Source of the DNA: a virus
Lineage: Duplodnaviria > Caudoviricetes
Reading direction: 5' to 3' (one strand)
Length of the DNA: 30,483 nucleotides
Virus record (IMG/VR): IMGVR_UViG_3300005805_000314
Location: 1 to 30,483 of that record
The notes beneath the pieces were generated by a model. That model did not search any database, was not told the DNA's origin, and saw only the letters and a program-made list of their open reading frames with translations. This document shows, piece by piece, positions 12,301-19,200 of this stretch (positions are counted from its first letter, which is position 1; every line of letters starts with the position of its first letter). Position numbers and translations under genes: made by a program.

Positions 12301-12635
12301 TTAAACTTAGTTAATAATCTTAGAAAACGATCTTTACGTTCATTATCCATAATGTCAAAGAATGACTTGCCTTTTTGAACCTCTGATGCAATAAACTCAA
12401 TTTCAGACTCAAATAACGTTACTTCGTCATCAGACATTTTATCTGCCTTAGAAATAATTAACGTTTTATATGCATCAATAAAACCAGTTATACCTTTTTT
12501 TTCTAAATCCTTATTAACTTTAACTACAGCAGCAGCAACCTCTTCGGGTGTTCTATTAGATCCATCTGGGTTTTTAAGAATTTCAGTGTTAACAATTTCT
12601 TGAATATTAAGTGGATTGCATTTTTTCTTAGCCAT
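366..12635 (-). CDS. Giant polyvalent virion/ejection protein with a single-subunit (T7/N4-type) RNA polymerase domain (putative virion RNAP), 4089 aa
   Basis: Uninterrupted 12.3-kb ORF with SD AAGGA. Motif A-like YWDDTNSGIHH (aa 1338-1348; T7 has DGSCSGIQH). Motif B-like RDFFKGVVIPVIYSG (R1438, K1442, Y1450; T7 has RSVTKRSVMTLAYG). Candidate motif C VMFDNF (D1704). PSGR at aa ~1281. Also a degenerate DEDD exonuclease fold (aa ~605-765), HEMAH (aa 2726-2730) plus EEFIA, and hydrophobic C-terminal helices. One Cys seen. Confidence 0.8.
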   Translation of the reverse strand: MAKKKCNPLNIQEIVNTEILKNPDGSNRTPEEVAAAVVKVNKDLEKKGITGFIDAYKTLIISKADKMSDDEVTLFESEIEFIASEVQKGKSFFDIMDNERKDRFLRLLTKFKLTSNKARVSVERLKYVMDLITATPADRTITAMELLENSLEAAKQRKDTKQIEKLEAALKNMRKAQLVSSQLKIDWNAIQDNSKKREKLLMEIALLEALLEVGDKETAKNQAKIEQKILALSIQAKNKRKLFMEEDAELTEEEEMQANEDFQKEMRELASEVRKLQAELSQVESERQKEIRQSTSKRITDLKIKIDKLDDSNADLYFAQAVVSTFGVKPDFFASSLRDIKQRAIRVRDRIQFVKQTIKNAKDDDKFTLPEAIRLFGKDITTLPVIQAMFKETATNPDGSEVKTDSTKPNTQLKEFITKEDMNKIFDIWSEMERENIFDNSFDLEEAKQVQDIIVAGDRKLISGVNPEDPQPTTRSFTEASQAVTGKQYNLTTAQDKNAFIVDLRNVLGRLNTLSLSPRFNGVIPEWALIAALGTDAQSLFTLFDSTITNPQELDMDQLEFSHDPDKKLEILRQSLKAYGYSDEEIQKLPEFQNPNFMFDFNHLITFKVGIDPKTNKVNGISIVTMSNEERVVHSFKPSSGQFLNSEEINSAINILAEFQNKGFKVVGHNILGRNGDINALAVNSGDLQKLLTISLRVFDTALLAFRGAPTSNFSRNRPASLNNLARAYYTSGFKGVVEDLSTLDSTSVEYSENLTASALTSGIVLQQMVSKANTEMRVLSGPADNQREQTVKIQQVVPLWFDTGNPGVGFHAGYKGIHHLYDIQPFQNIRNNLGYNLGSELMYDLTEVQNLVINLLILAINETNPSEIHRILEGLIQTPDQISKHYDFVLRLSQLDHDGYMVVKREQRAKFGNKFITDWSRDVRTKELSPILTNSVQAYLNRVHDSFVATFDAYKRSSSMASYIQKFAVIVGFREIDGTNNESLENYIGELFKFVNKLFNNKEYTFEDYGNGVFDYIPASQLGRGFAQIVLGFVREGNTLTQSIDSTMEEVDRVKEEKDAAGDVLDVESLEGEITKREYLPLKPTNVSFFSPLSRFEQERLHSDWALRKRYKAILNAKIGDPEREAWKKFIAENRYAELQNKVINAKKELRQTEKDIRKETNEEKLAELQKTKAKQKKVFDEAKQEFDNYTALLDEMRLDQGRVQRYGLFSRVNNKDIYTRIPTMEEEIEMSLEAALQLPQYIATLVHDSKNTPRDTELVLEQPSYILDPALSAGGPSGRTLFTGISSLVAHYLVNPQFYLDQNSKKINASRELVEASLRDAREAVRKGMGFSKATYWDDTNSGIHHLLVMQRAYFPDSVSLLTKLLEIRNGGELGVSKNQLTDYYTKTDTVFREKLTTLREIVADPSSKWESSNRQKDLEEIDGIEEILNSSTTTRDFFKGVVIPVIYSGGKEGVIKQLRSKRSAKVGDPLNNLTNRQIEIIAQTLTQSSIIVQGRLIDDILGMDANLVSKLTGALMSDTEQLVDKYAIDIQNILDNDTLLRNDIISIEVMRKAIMARIEYVARLSIPPLEPRTIPNYNKMSDEKKRMAVRDETERLVQEKKKQILAKWSGRIKQAEKIIDEAHKTSNNVSTGRGFVKGSDLEREVMVALAGGEQQYKQQATLLFLTKIQGAGYRLNSSEEHFLEAMVKLGRYISPDDVMFDNFIVFMTTGLGTGNSRMTYPGNYLTNLQSSDLSKGFRLEYDKNGKLDWDSSIVNSLWEITKDHPYHGLSPEDARKKAEDLAIQDYAIRLATQYPPDFLGYDWKKEESRENFFRDWQTRSEIERSFDLRQLARGGPKRQQFKELYLKQQDRFRDDKDRKEMTDDEIDSYIQSNSVPFMKREGIRLLAMPNSAQDTIITNKDAKGLGGFIPRIADQDILDAAVHGLYSIHIKSKQMREKAGAIRLGLDKAKAKGKTLQQIFEERKPGSSVYNPDQLPFIPISNNSLATIFTDTDLPITVKINKTKFILDQFAIEAGLEDLVKTKQYARLYQIYKIHRKSLRYARMLRYHAKTGVSLRELQMDHRNFVVDIHTLTKYQRDMAKKETNILDLVKEISIDPDLFKDSLGKNMRWYDAIVKLGRLGITSANALKYGLSPTEYMVISGKGEDIDVFKKSYTMTKPLFVQGRDIAQLILEVLADDRIKRAATDYAKQLGLDFKTDQQGFIILSSIPREWDNHITEAIFSDPELILSAVDNLNLYITVDILTGEVSNWTLSRAASKPSTDPENPNNNYVGLRPGLGTPTTNPVKVGPKEVTVLLTAEGLKKMLVGSRNQPMLEKLETALQTGKFLGTGTRVQALQRQRFGEYNERFLQEIAEETEILEHLHGLDPKNGLKLLVKDGQSELRDELGLTLNPYDAFYYAIDDGRTHVDNMQPSYNGLTPYGTAITSTIRVAIQRGKRYPILKPVVTELEEFYQSGQKFTRVTSFLIFLRQNVTNLTPEQERLLTAEAAGVESLTDEEWDQIDNMANKMLVNMDTINHARIKGRNPYLAPALKLLDGNPESAALGNVHGLIPRIKRQGSPVNVSASTILGRHNTWEPATQSSGDQVILIDQAVEEARELLRSFDSGVVRYEHLADQDLIESAYNPQAFEINFPGGQSAKINFQLQQLINEGVISQEVAVFYRLMIVKVMKHNPQLLQYFSLETEAEDSIQAGTAIKSRDRFKIRLNSTTLKLMGTADQVRVFAHEMAHVARLAFIQDNSPEWRKIEALVKSSRGRQSIEVMMLAMNNGKKYLGFDKDLDYYSNNPEEFIASWGSWILIQKTFASHELLKFVQSRSRGALDVHNTWQKAFHNVQRDLANIAVGMHEVDLPVLNQIMDITITMFGLAAPVDRQVEINNADQSLFNIIDLVDANNQPLGIEQSELERLESLYETQQTRPLNASEAEEFAGLSVKYQAIAVKDFSVAKYNDLRGKREARQTDPTTEEPGRAYIPFEDLSIDEKKEIAQTLVTEALQRTSKLSRSNLTFGGLTRTVANRIFGEQNVTRLIDSRARSFALTAGLTKSRFTYESSDPTVAALMHIIGDTFSITQHQYQISSGSKGIRENRNYTRQWVEAVTYRTEQLLTAASTNKEFEDLQQWAYLDAMDITRKIEDITSNKEAIQKAQELSESLRANSGNLRQFIFGNSDQYMDMLPVQLNIKMIGSSEVRSSKASKEKQALAREQLVKAVAQRIRHNILKLERVDPTAFYLTGIIPRINKNQTAASDFISELNRVREQYPDAFEFLRLATIEKLVQNGIERGKAGDFVNRAILRIDFKLETTVAEGTQSQTLIREAFLAAVKDVYHFAGTTNSLPHIAAKFNLRGNKLLQNSFKNLFNSSRNVDGSGLFSKDGNPLLPYRVISRQPISAFNYQKDSLIRQGKPEEVLASLVLGHLGEDVHYLSSRGLISGKDMASDENIAPFLSYATNVHLYEVERRQGFRAASERAIFEATGIAGYDIEELLNILGQIVNELKTENSIALTSSINIIREKLKIEQGLSHIGSDTAVGVMIQLMAKYGPDITRLAYGSNLNTASLLMEGALGTYISTVYGGNPLQFVSTVFGTFFGSYFGRNMTLIEQRGAAVNLMLGMERAMQDSREVMHITDTVFDRNASKMQKLRDWFRQNNNRGYQSVITGLTEQAQVIIIEGLRDGKTGKRDGSLYKVREIIRSGNITNLTELNDAMKKAGLIGWFAGRHLQPHLMQELNKAGLFADGVLETYEWMLANVRSKETPNTLDLQAALRFIETANWTDLGELLSKGIEFDKHQAYQTTKAIYNSIKAFREIATVDPNPWDSGTNNSAWTLLFNFYRQYPNLFMSQMILRRGSQMRTRHYVPLLVAVSILDLIYNALLMVALGVLPLTALLPGHEDFLWKKDPMKMVKTLLARNPIFGVTANFTSEMIFSITDSYNRSKLSRNTSQVKRAELAARAGLDALNPDFVPYSALKTLFAGPAAATYSLADAWLLSDKVGGNLNQQEIWEVKNSFVDSFGRMIPFLSELPFRIAQQEFVGTKPTPLPIRNVGTDPWGSVRPPSTTPKAPPSQPRPPMTPPSTQQLKEANTPSLKQQATTPIKAPM

Positions 12636-12645
12636 TGTAGTTTCC

Positions 12646-15600
12646 TTATTCTAAATCACAAAGCTTATCAGTATCTAGGTCGTCATCTAGTTTAGCATCA
12701 CTAGAGCCTAAATCATCGGGGTTTAGTGAACCATCAGTTACGGCACCAAGAATTTCTAATGATGCTATTGCAGCATCATAAGTAGTTTCTACTGGTTTAG
12801 TTTCAGGTGGTGTTGGGGGTTTTGCAGCTTCTGGAGCTGTTTCAACAGTTTCTTCTTTTTGATAAAATGTAATATTTCCTGTTATTCGACTTGTTACATA
12901 TTGCCTTTCTTCGTTTTTTTCTAAATCAAGTGCTTTAATTGTTTGTTTGCCTTTATCATCAGTAGTTACACTAATAACCCTAACTCTACGCTTTTCTCCA
13001 CTTCGTGTTCCTGATGAGTATTCAAACTCAATTTCATCATCTTTTTTTAATAAACCTATAATTGTAGTATTTGCAGATAATGCAACACTTTCTTCTTCTT
13101 TTGTTTCTATAGACTCGTTTGTTGGGGTGGGTTGAGTTTCAACAGGAGTTTCTTTAGGTTTAGTATCAACCGCTGTTTCTGCTTCTTGTTTAGCATAAAC
13201 ACCAATTTTACCTATAAGTCTTTCATCATTGGAAGTTTGTTCGATTCCAGTTGTTTCAATATCACTAAAGGCAATAATAGGTTTACCTTGTTCATTTTGA
13301 AATACTAATGATATACCAAAAGCAACTGTTTCTTCGCCTTTAAAAGTTAAAACTTGTCTAATAATAACAGATTCATCTTTTGCGGGACTAACATCTTCAA
13401 AATAAACTAGAATTAAATTAGCAATTTGTCCAGCTTCATAAGTACTTTCTATAAAGTCTTTAAGAGCTTTTAATCCACTTTCATCTTGTGAAAATGTTAA
13501 ATTAGCTTGACCAAACTTAACATCACTAGTCCAAATATTATCAGTTTTGTCACGTTTTTTAAAAAAAGATGGAACTTTTTCTAATTCTTTTGCTTTTTCA
13601 AGACTTGAGGTTTCTTTTACTTGCTGAGCGGTTGGAGTTACATTTACTTTATCTTTATTAGGTTTAATTACAATTTTTCTACCCAAACCATCATCAACTT
13701 CAATTGTTTGATTGGTTTGATTTGCTTGCTCTTGGGCTGTTTCCGTAATTGTAGTTTTAGTATCTCTAGAATAAGTTAACTCAGGATTACTTAACGGAGT
13801 CATCTGACCATTAGCATCTTTAGGTGCACTGTCGGCACTACCATACATAAATACAGCAGCGCGCGTATTTAACGTTTGTAAATAGTTAACTACAGTATCT
13901 GTTTCGTCATCAGTCATACTTGCTAGATCCTCTATAGTTGGATCTTCTAAATCTGTTTCTCCTTGGTTTCTTCTGTCTTGTGCCTGACGTTTTTTCCATT
14001 CTAACCACATTAAACCTACAAATTTATTTGATTTAATATCTGCTTCGGTATCGTGAAAAGCACTTTCTTGTAGGGTATATGCCATAAATACAGACATCAA
14101 ATCATCCCTAGTTACATTAGTTTTACCTGTATTTGGATCTCTTTTTTTATCTAGAATAGCAGAAAAAATCCTAAATAACTGAGTTCGATGGTCTACACCA
14201 GTATTGTCTAATTCTTTTAAAAACGTTTCAACTACATTATCTTTTGGATTTAAGAAATCAAAATCAGGAATAATATCTACAATTTCATCATTACGTTTCA
14301 TTAAATCATAAGCTCTAAAACGTAAATCAATTTGTTGTGATAGAGTTAATTTAACATCTGGTGATTTAGTATTAAGACCTAAGGTTAACCCAGCAACGTA
14401 TTCAATATTTCGTCTTGTTCGTTTAGATAATGAAGTCCATACGGCATCTTGGATTTCTAAGTTTTTTTCTTTAATTCGTTTTTGAACAATAGAAAGAAAT
14501 TTGATTTTTTCTTTTGCATTAATATTAAAGGTTTTTGAGAAATTCATTGTGGCATTCATTGCACCACCTAATAACAACTCACCTACAGCTTCTTCAACAA
14601 TATTTTGTCCTAAAGCAGTATAAGTAAACGTGTCTTTAAATCCAGTAGCCATTGCATTTTGTTGTCTAATTACGTCTTCAATAGCTCCTTGACCAGCACC
14701 ACTGATTAAAGAACGTAACGCATATCTTCCTAAAACTTTAGCTTCTTGTTTAAGTCCACCAGCTTTAACAAAATCAGACCAAACAGATTTTTTTAATAGG
14801 TCACCCATTGTATCAAGCTTTAAAGCAGTTTCTCTTCCTTTTTCACCTGTGTATAATATGTTTTTAAGTTTTGAACTTTTTGCGGCTAACCTTAGTAAGT
14901 TTTCACCTACATAATGTGGAGCAATAAACCCTACGGCTTTTCCAACTCCATTGGTTGTATATAAAAAAGCTTTAGTAACTGTTCGACTTGTTTTGGCAAC
15001 TCTAGCTAATCTTTCAATTTTAGTAAGCGAAGATCTAGCCCTACTAAACATTTTAAAAACACTAGATAATTTAGAAGTTACACCTACCGCAGTAGCGGCT
15101 ACACCAGGAACTGCGGCAACACCTGTTGCAGTTAGTGCTAGACCACCACCAATTAAAATAAACTCCGCAACAGTATCATTACTGTTTAAAGAATCTCTAA
15201 TTACTGGATAGATAAACTTAAAAGTATTTCTCTCAAAAAACCCTGCTTGTTTTGAAAACTCATCTAAAACCAATCCAGTAGCAAATGTATCTAAAGCATC
15301 AGCAATAAAGAATTTAAATGTTTGAGGATTTTTAGCTACAATAGGATCTAACAAACGCTCTTCTGGAATACCCATTTGGGTAAATAACGCATAAGCAATT
15401 TTTGGATTGCTGACTTTTAACTCTTCAATTGCTTTTTTTGGATCCCAAAGAACTTCACCATTAGGCCCTGTAGGAACCTCAGCATTCTGTAATATTTCTA
15501 AAGGATTGGTTCTCATAAATGGCAAACTTGTAGAAGCTTCCCAGCTAAAGAAATATGGTGAAATGTTTGTCATTGTGTCTAAATAAGCTTTTACTGTAGG

Positions 15601-16239
15601 ATCTTCTTTAAACATTTCTTTTAAATAAGGAGATGCATTTTCCCATAATTCGCCTTTTGCACCACCCCGCATTCGTTCTGCAAAAAACCTAAGCGTTTGA
15701 CCATTCATAGATACAAGTTCATTAAACTGGGGTGATTCTGCTTTAGGATCTAATAAAAAACCCCAATTTGAAGCCGATCTAAAAGTTAGTTCTCGTATGT
15801 TTGAGTTACTACTAGCAAAGTATTTTGGTAGGATTGCTTCTCCTGGTTTTTTATCAGCAATTAAAGATACAGACAAAGCAAAATCATTAAGAGCAAGTTC
15901 TTCATTAAAACTAATTTTAGCTTCGTTTTCAATGTCAATGTTTTTTTGATTTGGGTTTTGTTTTATAGCTTCTCGTAATGCGTCTGTGTAAAGATCTAAT
16001 TCTTTGGTTCTACGTTCTTTATCATTCTGAACAAACTCACCTTGTCTAATTAAACCTTGTTCTTGTTGATCCTGAATATACTGAGTAATTCTTTGTTTTT
16101 CAGTTTCGTCTTCGTCAAGACTATAATTAGAAAGGTAAACAGGAGGTTTGTTAAATGAAACACCAGGAAAAAACGTAGAGTTTGTTTGACCCGCAGCATT
16201 AAATCTAGTTTCAAATTGACCAGTACTAAATAAGCTCAT
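12646..16239 (-). CDS. Putative internal virion (ejection) protein with a hydrophobic membrane-insertion segment and a C-terminal WYL-like domain, 1197 aa
   Basis: Long ORF starting immediately after the upstream stop, SD AAGGGGG. Gly/Ala-rich hydrophobic stretch FILIGGGLALTATGVAAVPGVAATAVGV. WYL-like pattern IEFEY...RRVRV...IKALDLEKNEERQYVTSRI between Pro/Glu/Thr-rich linkers. Lies in the ejection-protein block. Confidence 0.65.
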   Translation of the reverse strand: MSLFSTGQFETRFNAAGQTNSTFFPGVSFNKPPVYLSNYSLDEDETEKQRITQYIQDQQEQGLIRQGEFVQNDKERRTKELDLYTDALREAIKQNPNQKNIDIENEAKISFNEELALNDFALSVSLIADKKPGEAILPKYFASSNSNIRELTFRSASNWGFLLDPKAESPQFNELVSMNGQTLRFFAERMRGGAKGELWENASPYLKEMFKEDPTVKAYLDTMTNISPYFFSWEASTSLPFMRTNPLEILQNAEVPTGPNGEVLWDPKKAIEELKVSNPKIAYALFTQMGIPEERLLDPIVAKNPQTFKFFIADALDTFATGLVLDEFSKQAGFFERNTFKFIYPVIRDSLNSNDTVAEFILIGGGLALTATGVAAVPGVAATAVGVTSKLSSVFKMFSRARSSLTKIERLARVAKTSRTVTKAFLYTTNGVGKAVGFIAPHYVGENLLRLAAKSSKLKNILYTGEKGRETALKLDTMGDLLKKSVWSDFVKAGGLKQEAKVLGRYALRSLISGAGQGAIEDVIRQQNAMATGFKDTFTYTALGQNIVEEAVGELLLGGAMNATMNFSKTFNINAKEKIKFLSIVQKRIKEKNLEIQDAVWTSLSKRTRRNIEYVAGLTLGLNTKSPDVKLTLSQQIDLRFRAYDLMKRNDEIVDIIPDFDFLNPKDNVVETFLKELDNTGVDHRTQLFRIFSAILDKKRDPNTGKTNVTRDDLMSVFMAYTLQESAFHDTEADIKSNKFVGLMWLEWKKRQAQDRRNQGETDLEDPTIEDLASMTDDETDTVVNYLQTLNTRAAVFMYGSADSAPKDANGQMTPLSNPELTYSRDTKTTITETAQEQANQTNQTIEVDDGLGRKIVIKPNKDKVNVTPTAQQVKETSSLEKAKELEKVPSFFKKRDKTDNIWTSDVKFGQANLTFSQDESGLKALKDFIESTYEAGQIANLILVYFEDVSPAKDESVIIRQVLTFKGEETVAFGISLVFQNEQGKPIIAFSDIETTGIEQTSNDERLIGKIGVYAKQEAETAVDTKPKETPVETQPTPTNESIETKEEESVALSANTTIIGLLKKDDEIEFEYSSGTRSGEKRRVRVISVTTDDKGKQTIKALDLEKNEERQYVTSRITGNITFYQKEETVETAPEAAKPPTPPETKPVETTYDAAIASLEILGAVTDGSLNPDDLGSSDAKLDDDLDTDKLCDLE

Positions 16240-19200
16240 TTATGGTATCCCCCTTGTGCCACTCATAAAATTAAGTCTTTCTTCACTTTTTTCCATTTCA
16301 GAAAGACGTTCTTCTTCTTTTTGTTTTTCATTGTTTAATACTGAAAGAGTTTGTAAACGTTTTTGAAACTTTTTAGTATTATCTAAAAACGAAGTAAAGA
16401 ATGCGTTGTTTAAAGAAAGTAGTGGACCATTGAAATCACGATTAATCCAATCATAACTCGGTAAAAAAGAACTTACATTTCCTGTGTTAAACTCTTGTGT
16501 TATTGTAGAAAATCCAGGTAACTCTGAATTATACTTTGAGTTAATAAGCCGTCTAGTACCACCACCAGCAATGTATACTTCATTTAACATTTCAATTTTT
16601 TCTTTAAAAGTTAGATCTTGATTTCCTTCACTAAGAACAGCCATTAATGCTAGTTTAGCTGGTTTACTATTAATAGGTACTTCTTGTTCATCACTTAATA
16701 ATAAATCTGGCATTGTTTGATACCCTGGAGTTACTAAACCTTCGGCTTCTAACCATGGAGTAATAGCTGCTAAGAATGTTGCATCGTCTGGAACATGTTC
16801 TAGGATAGTAGACCCAACCTTAAAAAGCATACCATTTGCAGAAATAGCACCATTCTTTTTGGGATTATATTTACCTGTAACATCTTCTAATAAAGACATA
16901 CCTAAATCTTTGTTTCCAACAAACTCATTAAGAGTAGCTGTTAGATTAAAGTTATTAGATGATCTTGATGGGTTTTGGTTATATACAGCATAGAATGATC
17001 CAAAAACTCCTGGTGAAATTTCTACTTGTTGTTTATTAAAGGGAGTATCTTGAGTTGTATAAGCCCCAGTTACAAATAAAGGATTTCTAACAATAAGATC
17101 AATATCTAAAGCTGTTCCTAAAAAGTTAAAGAAGTTTCTAGATTGTGTTTCTGCTCTTCTTTCTCCTTCTCCTGGAGCAAATAAGGGATGCTTACCAACT
17201 GGTCCCATAAAGCCACGCATAGCTCCTGAAAGCAAGCGTCTATTATTAGAAGTTGTTTCCCAAAGTAATGTAGCTCCCTTACGAATAGTTTCTTCATCTG
17301 ATAATGGAGGTAATGTTGGATCTATAGAACCACTTAAAATTGAATCACGCATACTAATAGCAATTCCTTGTATGGTTTCTCCTGGACCAAAAAATCCAGA
17401 AGATTGCATATTACTAACAAATGTGTCAACACTCCAATTAGGATCAGATGGAGATAGTCCTTCATTTCCTCGTAATACAATTGTTTTTCCAGCTTCTTGT
17501 TGTTGGTTTAATTGTTCACCTATTTGTGGATCTAATTGAACTCCTAATGCAGACATCGCAATAGCAACACTTTTGTCTTCTAAAGTATAAACCATACCAA
17601 CTCTACCAGCATTACCACCGCCCATTTCAAAAGTCATTTCAACATTTGTATCTGGTACTTGCATACTAGCAACAACTAATGGCATTGCCACAGCTAAATC
17701 GGCTTTTGCTCTAAATTCTGGATTTGTAAAAAAGTCGGCTACGTTACCTAAACTGTAATCTTCAGCTGCTGCTCCCATCAAAAACAATCTAGTTTCAACA
17801 TAAGATGCATTTCCAACGTTAACTACTAAACCCCTATCGTAATTTTTCTTATACTCTAAACCCAAAGCCATTAAAGCTGTAGCTTGTAAAGCTTTTTGTG
17901 GGTTTTGAATTAGTTCATTAATGTCTCTAACATTACCTAAACCTTCTGTTATTTTTTTAAAAGCATCACCAAATCTATCTCTTTCAGACCAATTACTTGA
18001 AGTTCCTAAAGTGCTTCCAATAAGAATTGACTGTACTAAAAATCTTTTACCTTCATAGGTAAAATCTTTACCATTCCAAGCGTTATTTGGGACTCGACCA
18101 TCATATGGTTCAGCACCGCCAGTAACAAACTCCATAGACATTCTTTCTAATTCTACAGCTAAGTTATTAGCATAGGTTTCTGCTTCTTCTCCTGTAAGTC
18201 CATTAAATCCAGGAAGTGCTTCTAATAGGCGAGGTTGTAATGCTTGAACTTGAAGATCAAGGACAAACAAAGCAGAAACATGGTCATCTAAATAGTTTCC
18301 TGGGCTTCCGTCTGATTTCATGTATTTAAATATAGAATGAATATCACCCGAAGACATAACAAATGCATGAGCGGCTTGTTGTTGTGGTGTAAGCTTTGTT
18401 AAATTAAGACTTCCATCTTGATTATACGCACTTTGGGGAAGTGTTAGTAATGTTTTCTGAGCATGGTATGCTTGTCTAACTAAATCTAAATATTTTCTAT
18501 TCTCGTTACTTTGGGCAAATCGTCCAGTTATTAAACCAGAAACCAACGAACCTTGGCTTTGTGTAATGTTTGGAGTATTATTTGGAGCAAACTCTTGTGC
18601 ACTTCTAATATAAGCATTTTGTTGCTCTTCTGTTAAAGGACCGCTGCCGCTTGTTAGTTTTGATTTATGCTCAAGAGCAGCTTGTTCTATTTGTTGTGCT
18701 AAATTAGCGTCAGTTTCAAGCATTTGCTTTACATTACCAAGATTTATACCACGCAATGCTAGATTCTTTCTACTTTCTTCACTTAATGATTTATACCAAG
18801 TTGCAAAGTCTTTTTCGGTTCTAAATTGTGTAATACCCTTAGAATCAACTTCTGTATATAACTTTCTCCACTCTTCTACAGGAACTCCATATTTTGAAAT
18901 AGAAATTGAACCCAAAGAACTATTGGTAAATGAATCTACAGCTTGTTCGGTACCCATAAGTCCAATACTTTGGATATTTAAATTTGTTTGAATTTTGTTT
19001 CTACTGTTCCATTCTTCTACTGCTTTTTGAAAAGTAGGATCATTGGATGCTATAGCTCTTGAAGCACTTTCTAAATAGTCATTTAATTGATCTTTAGGAA
19101 CACCAGCAATTCTAGCAATATCTAAATTTCTACCTAAATTTCTAATATGTTCTCGTACAATTTGAATTTTTTCAAAAGGACTTAGTAAACTCCAATTTGG

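Noticed and set aside
366-12635. Giant protein as a multi-subunit-type (crAss-like) RNAP or as a DNA polymerase
   Set aside because: I found no DxDGD/DFDID motif. Motif A reads D..SG..H (RNAP-like) rather than the PolA DYSQIELR type. A DNA polymerase is disfavoured but only a structural search would exclude it.
12636-12648. Readthrough or frameshift fusing the 1197-aa and 4089-aa ORFs
   Set aside because: The ORFs are in different frames, separated by 10 nt, with a TAA stop and an independent SD and ATG. No obvious slippery site is present.
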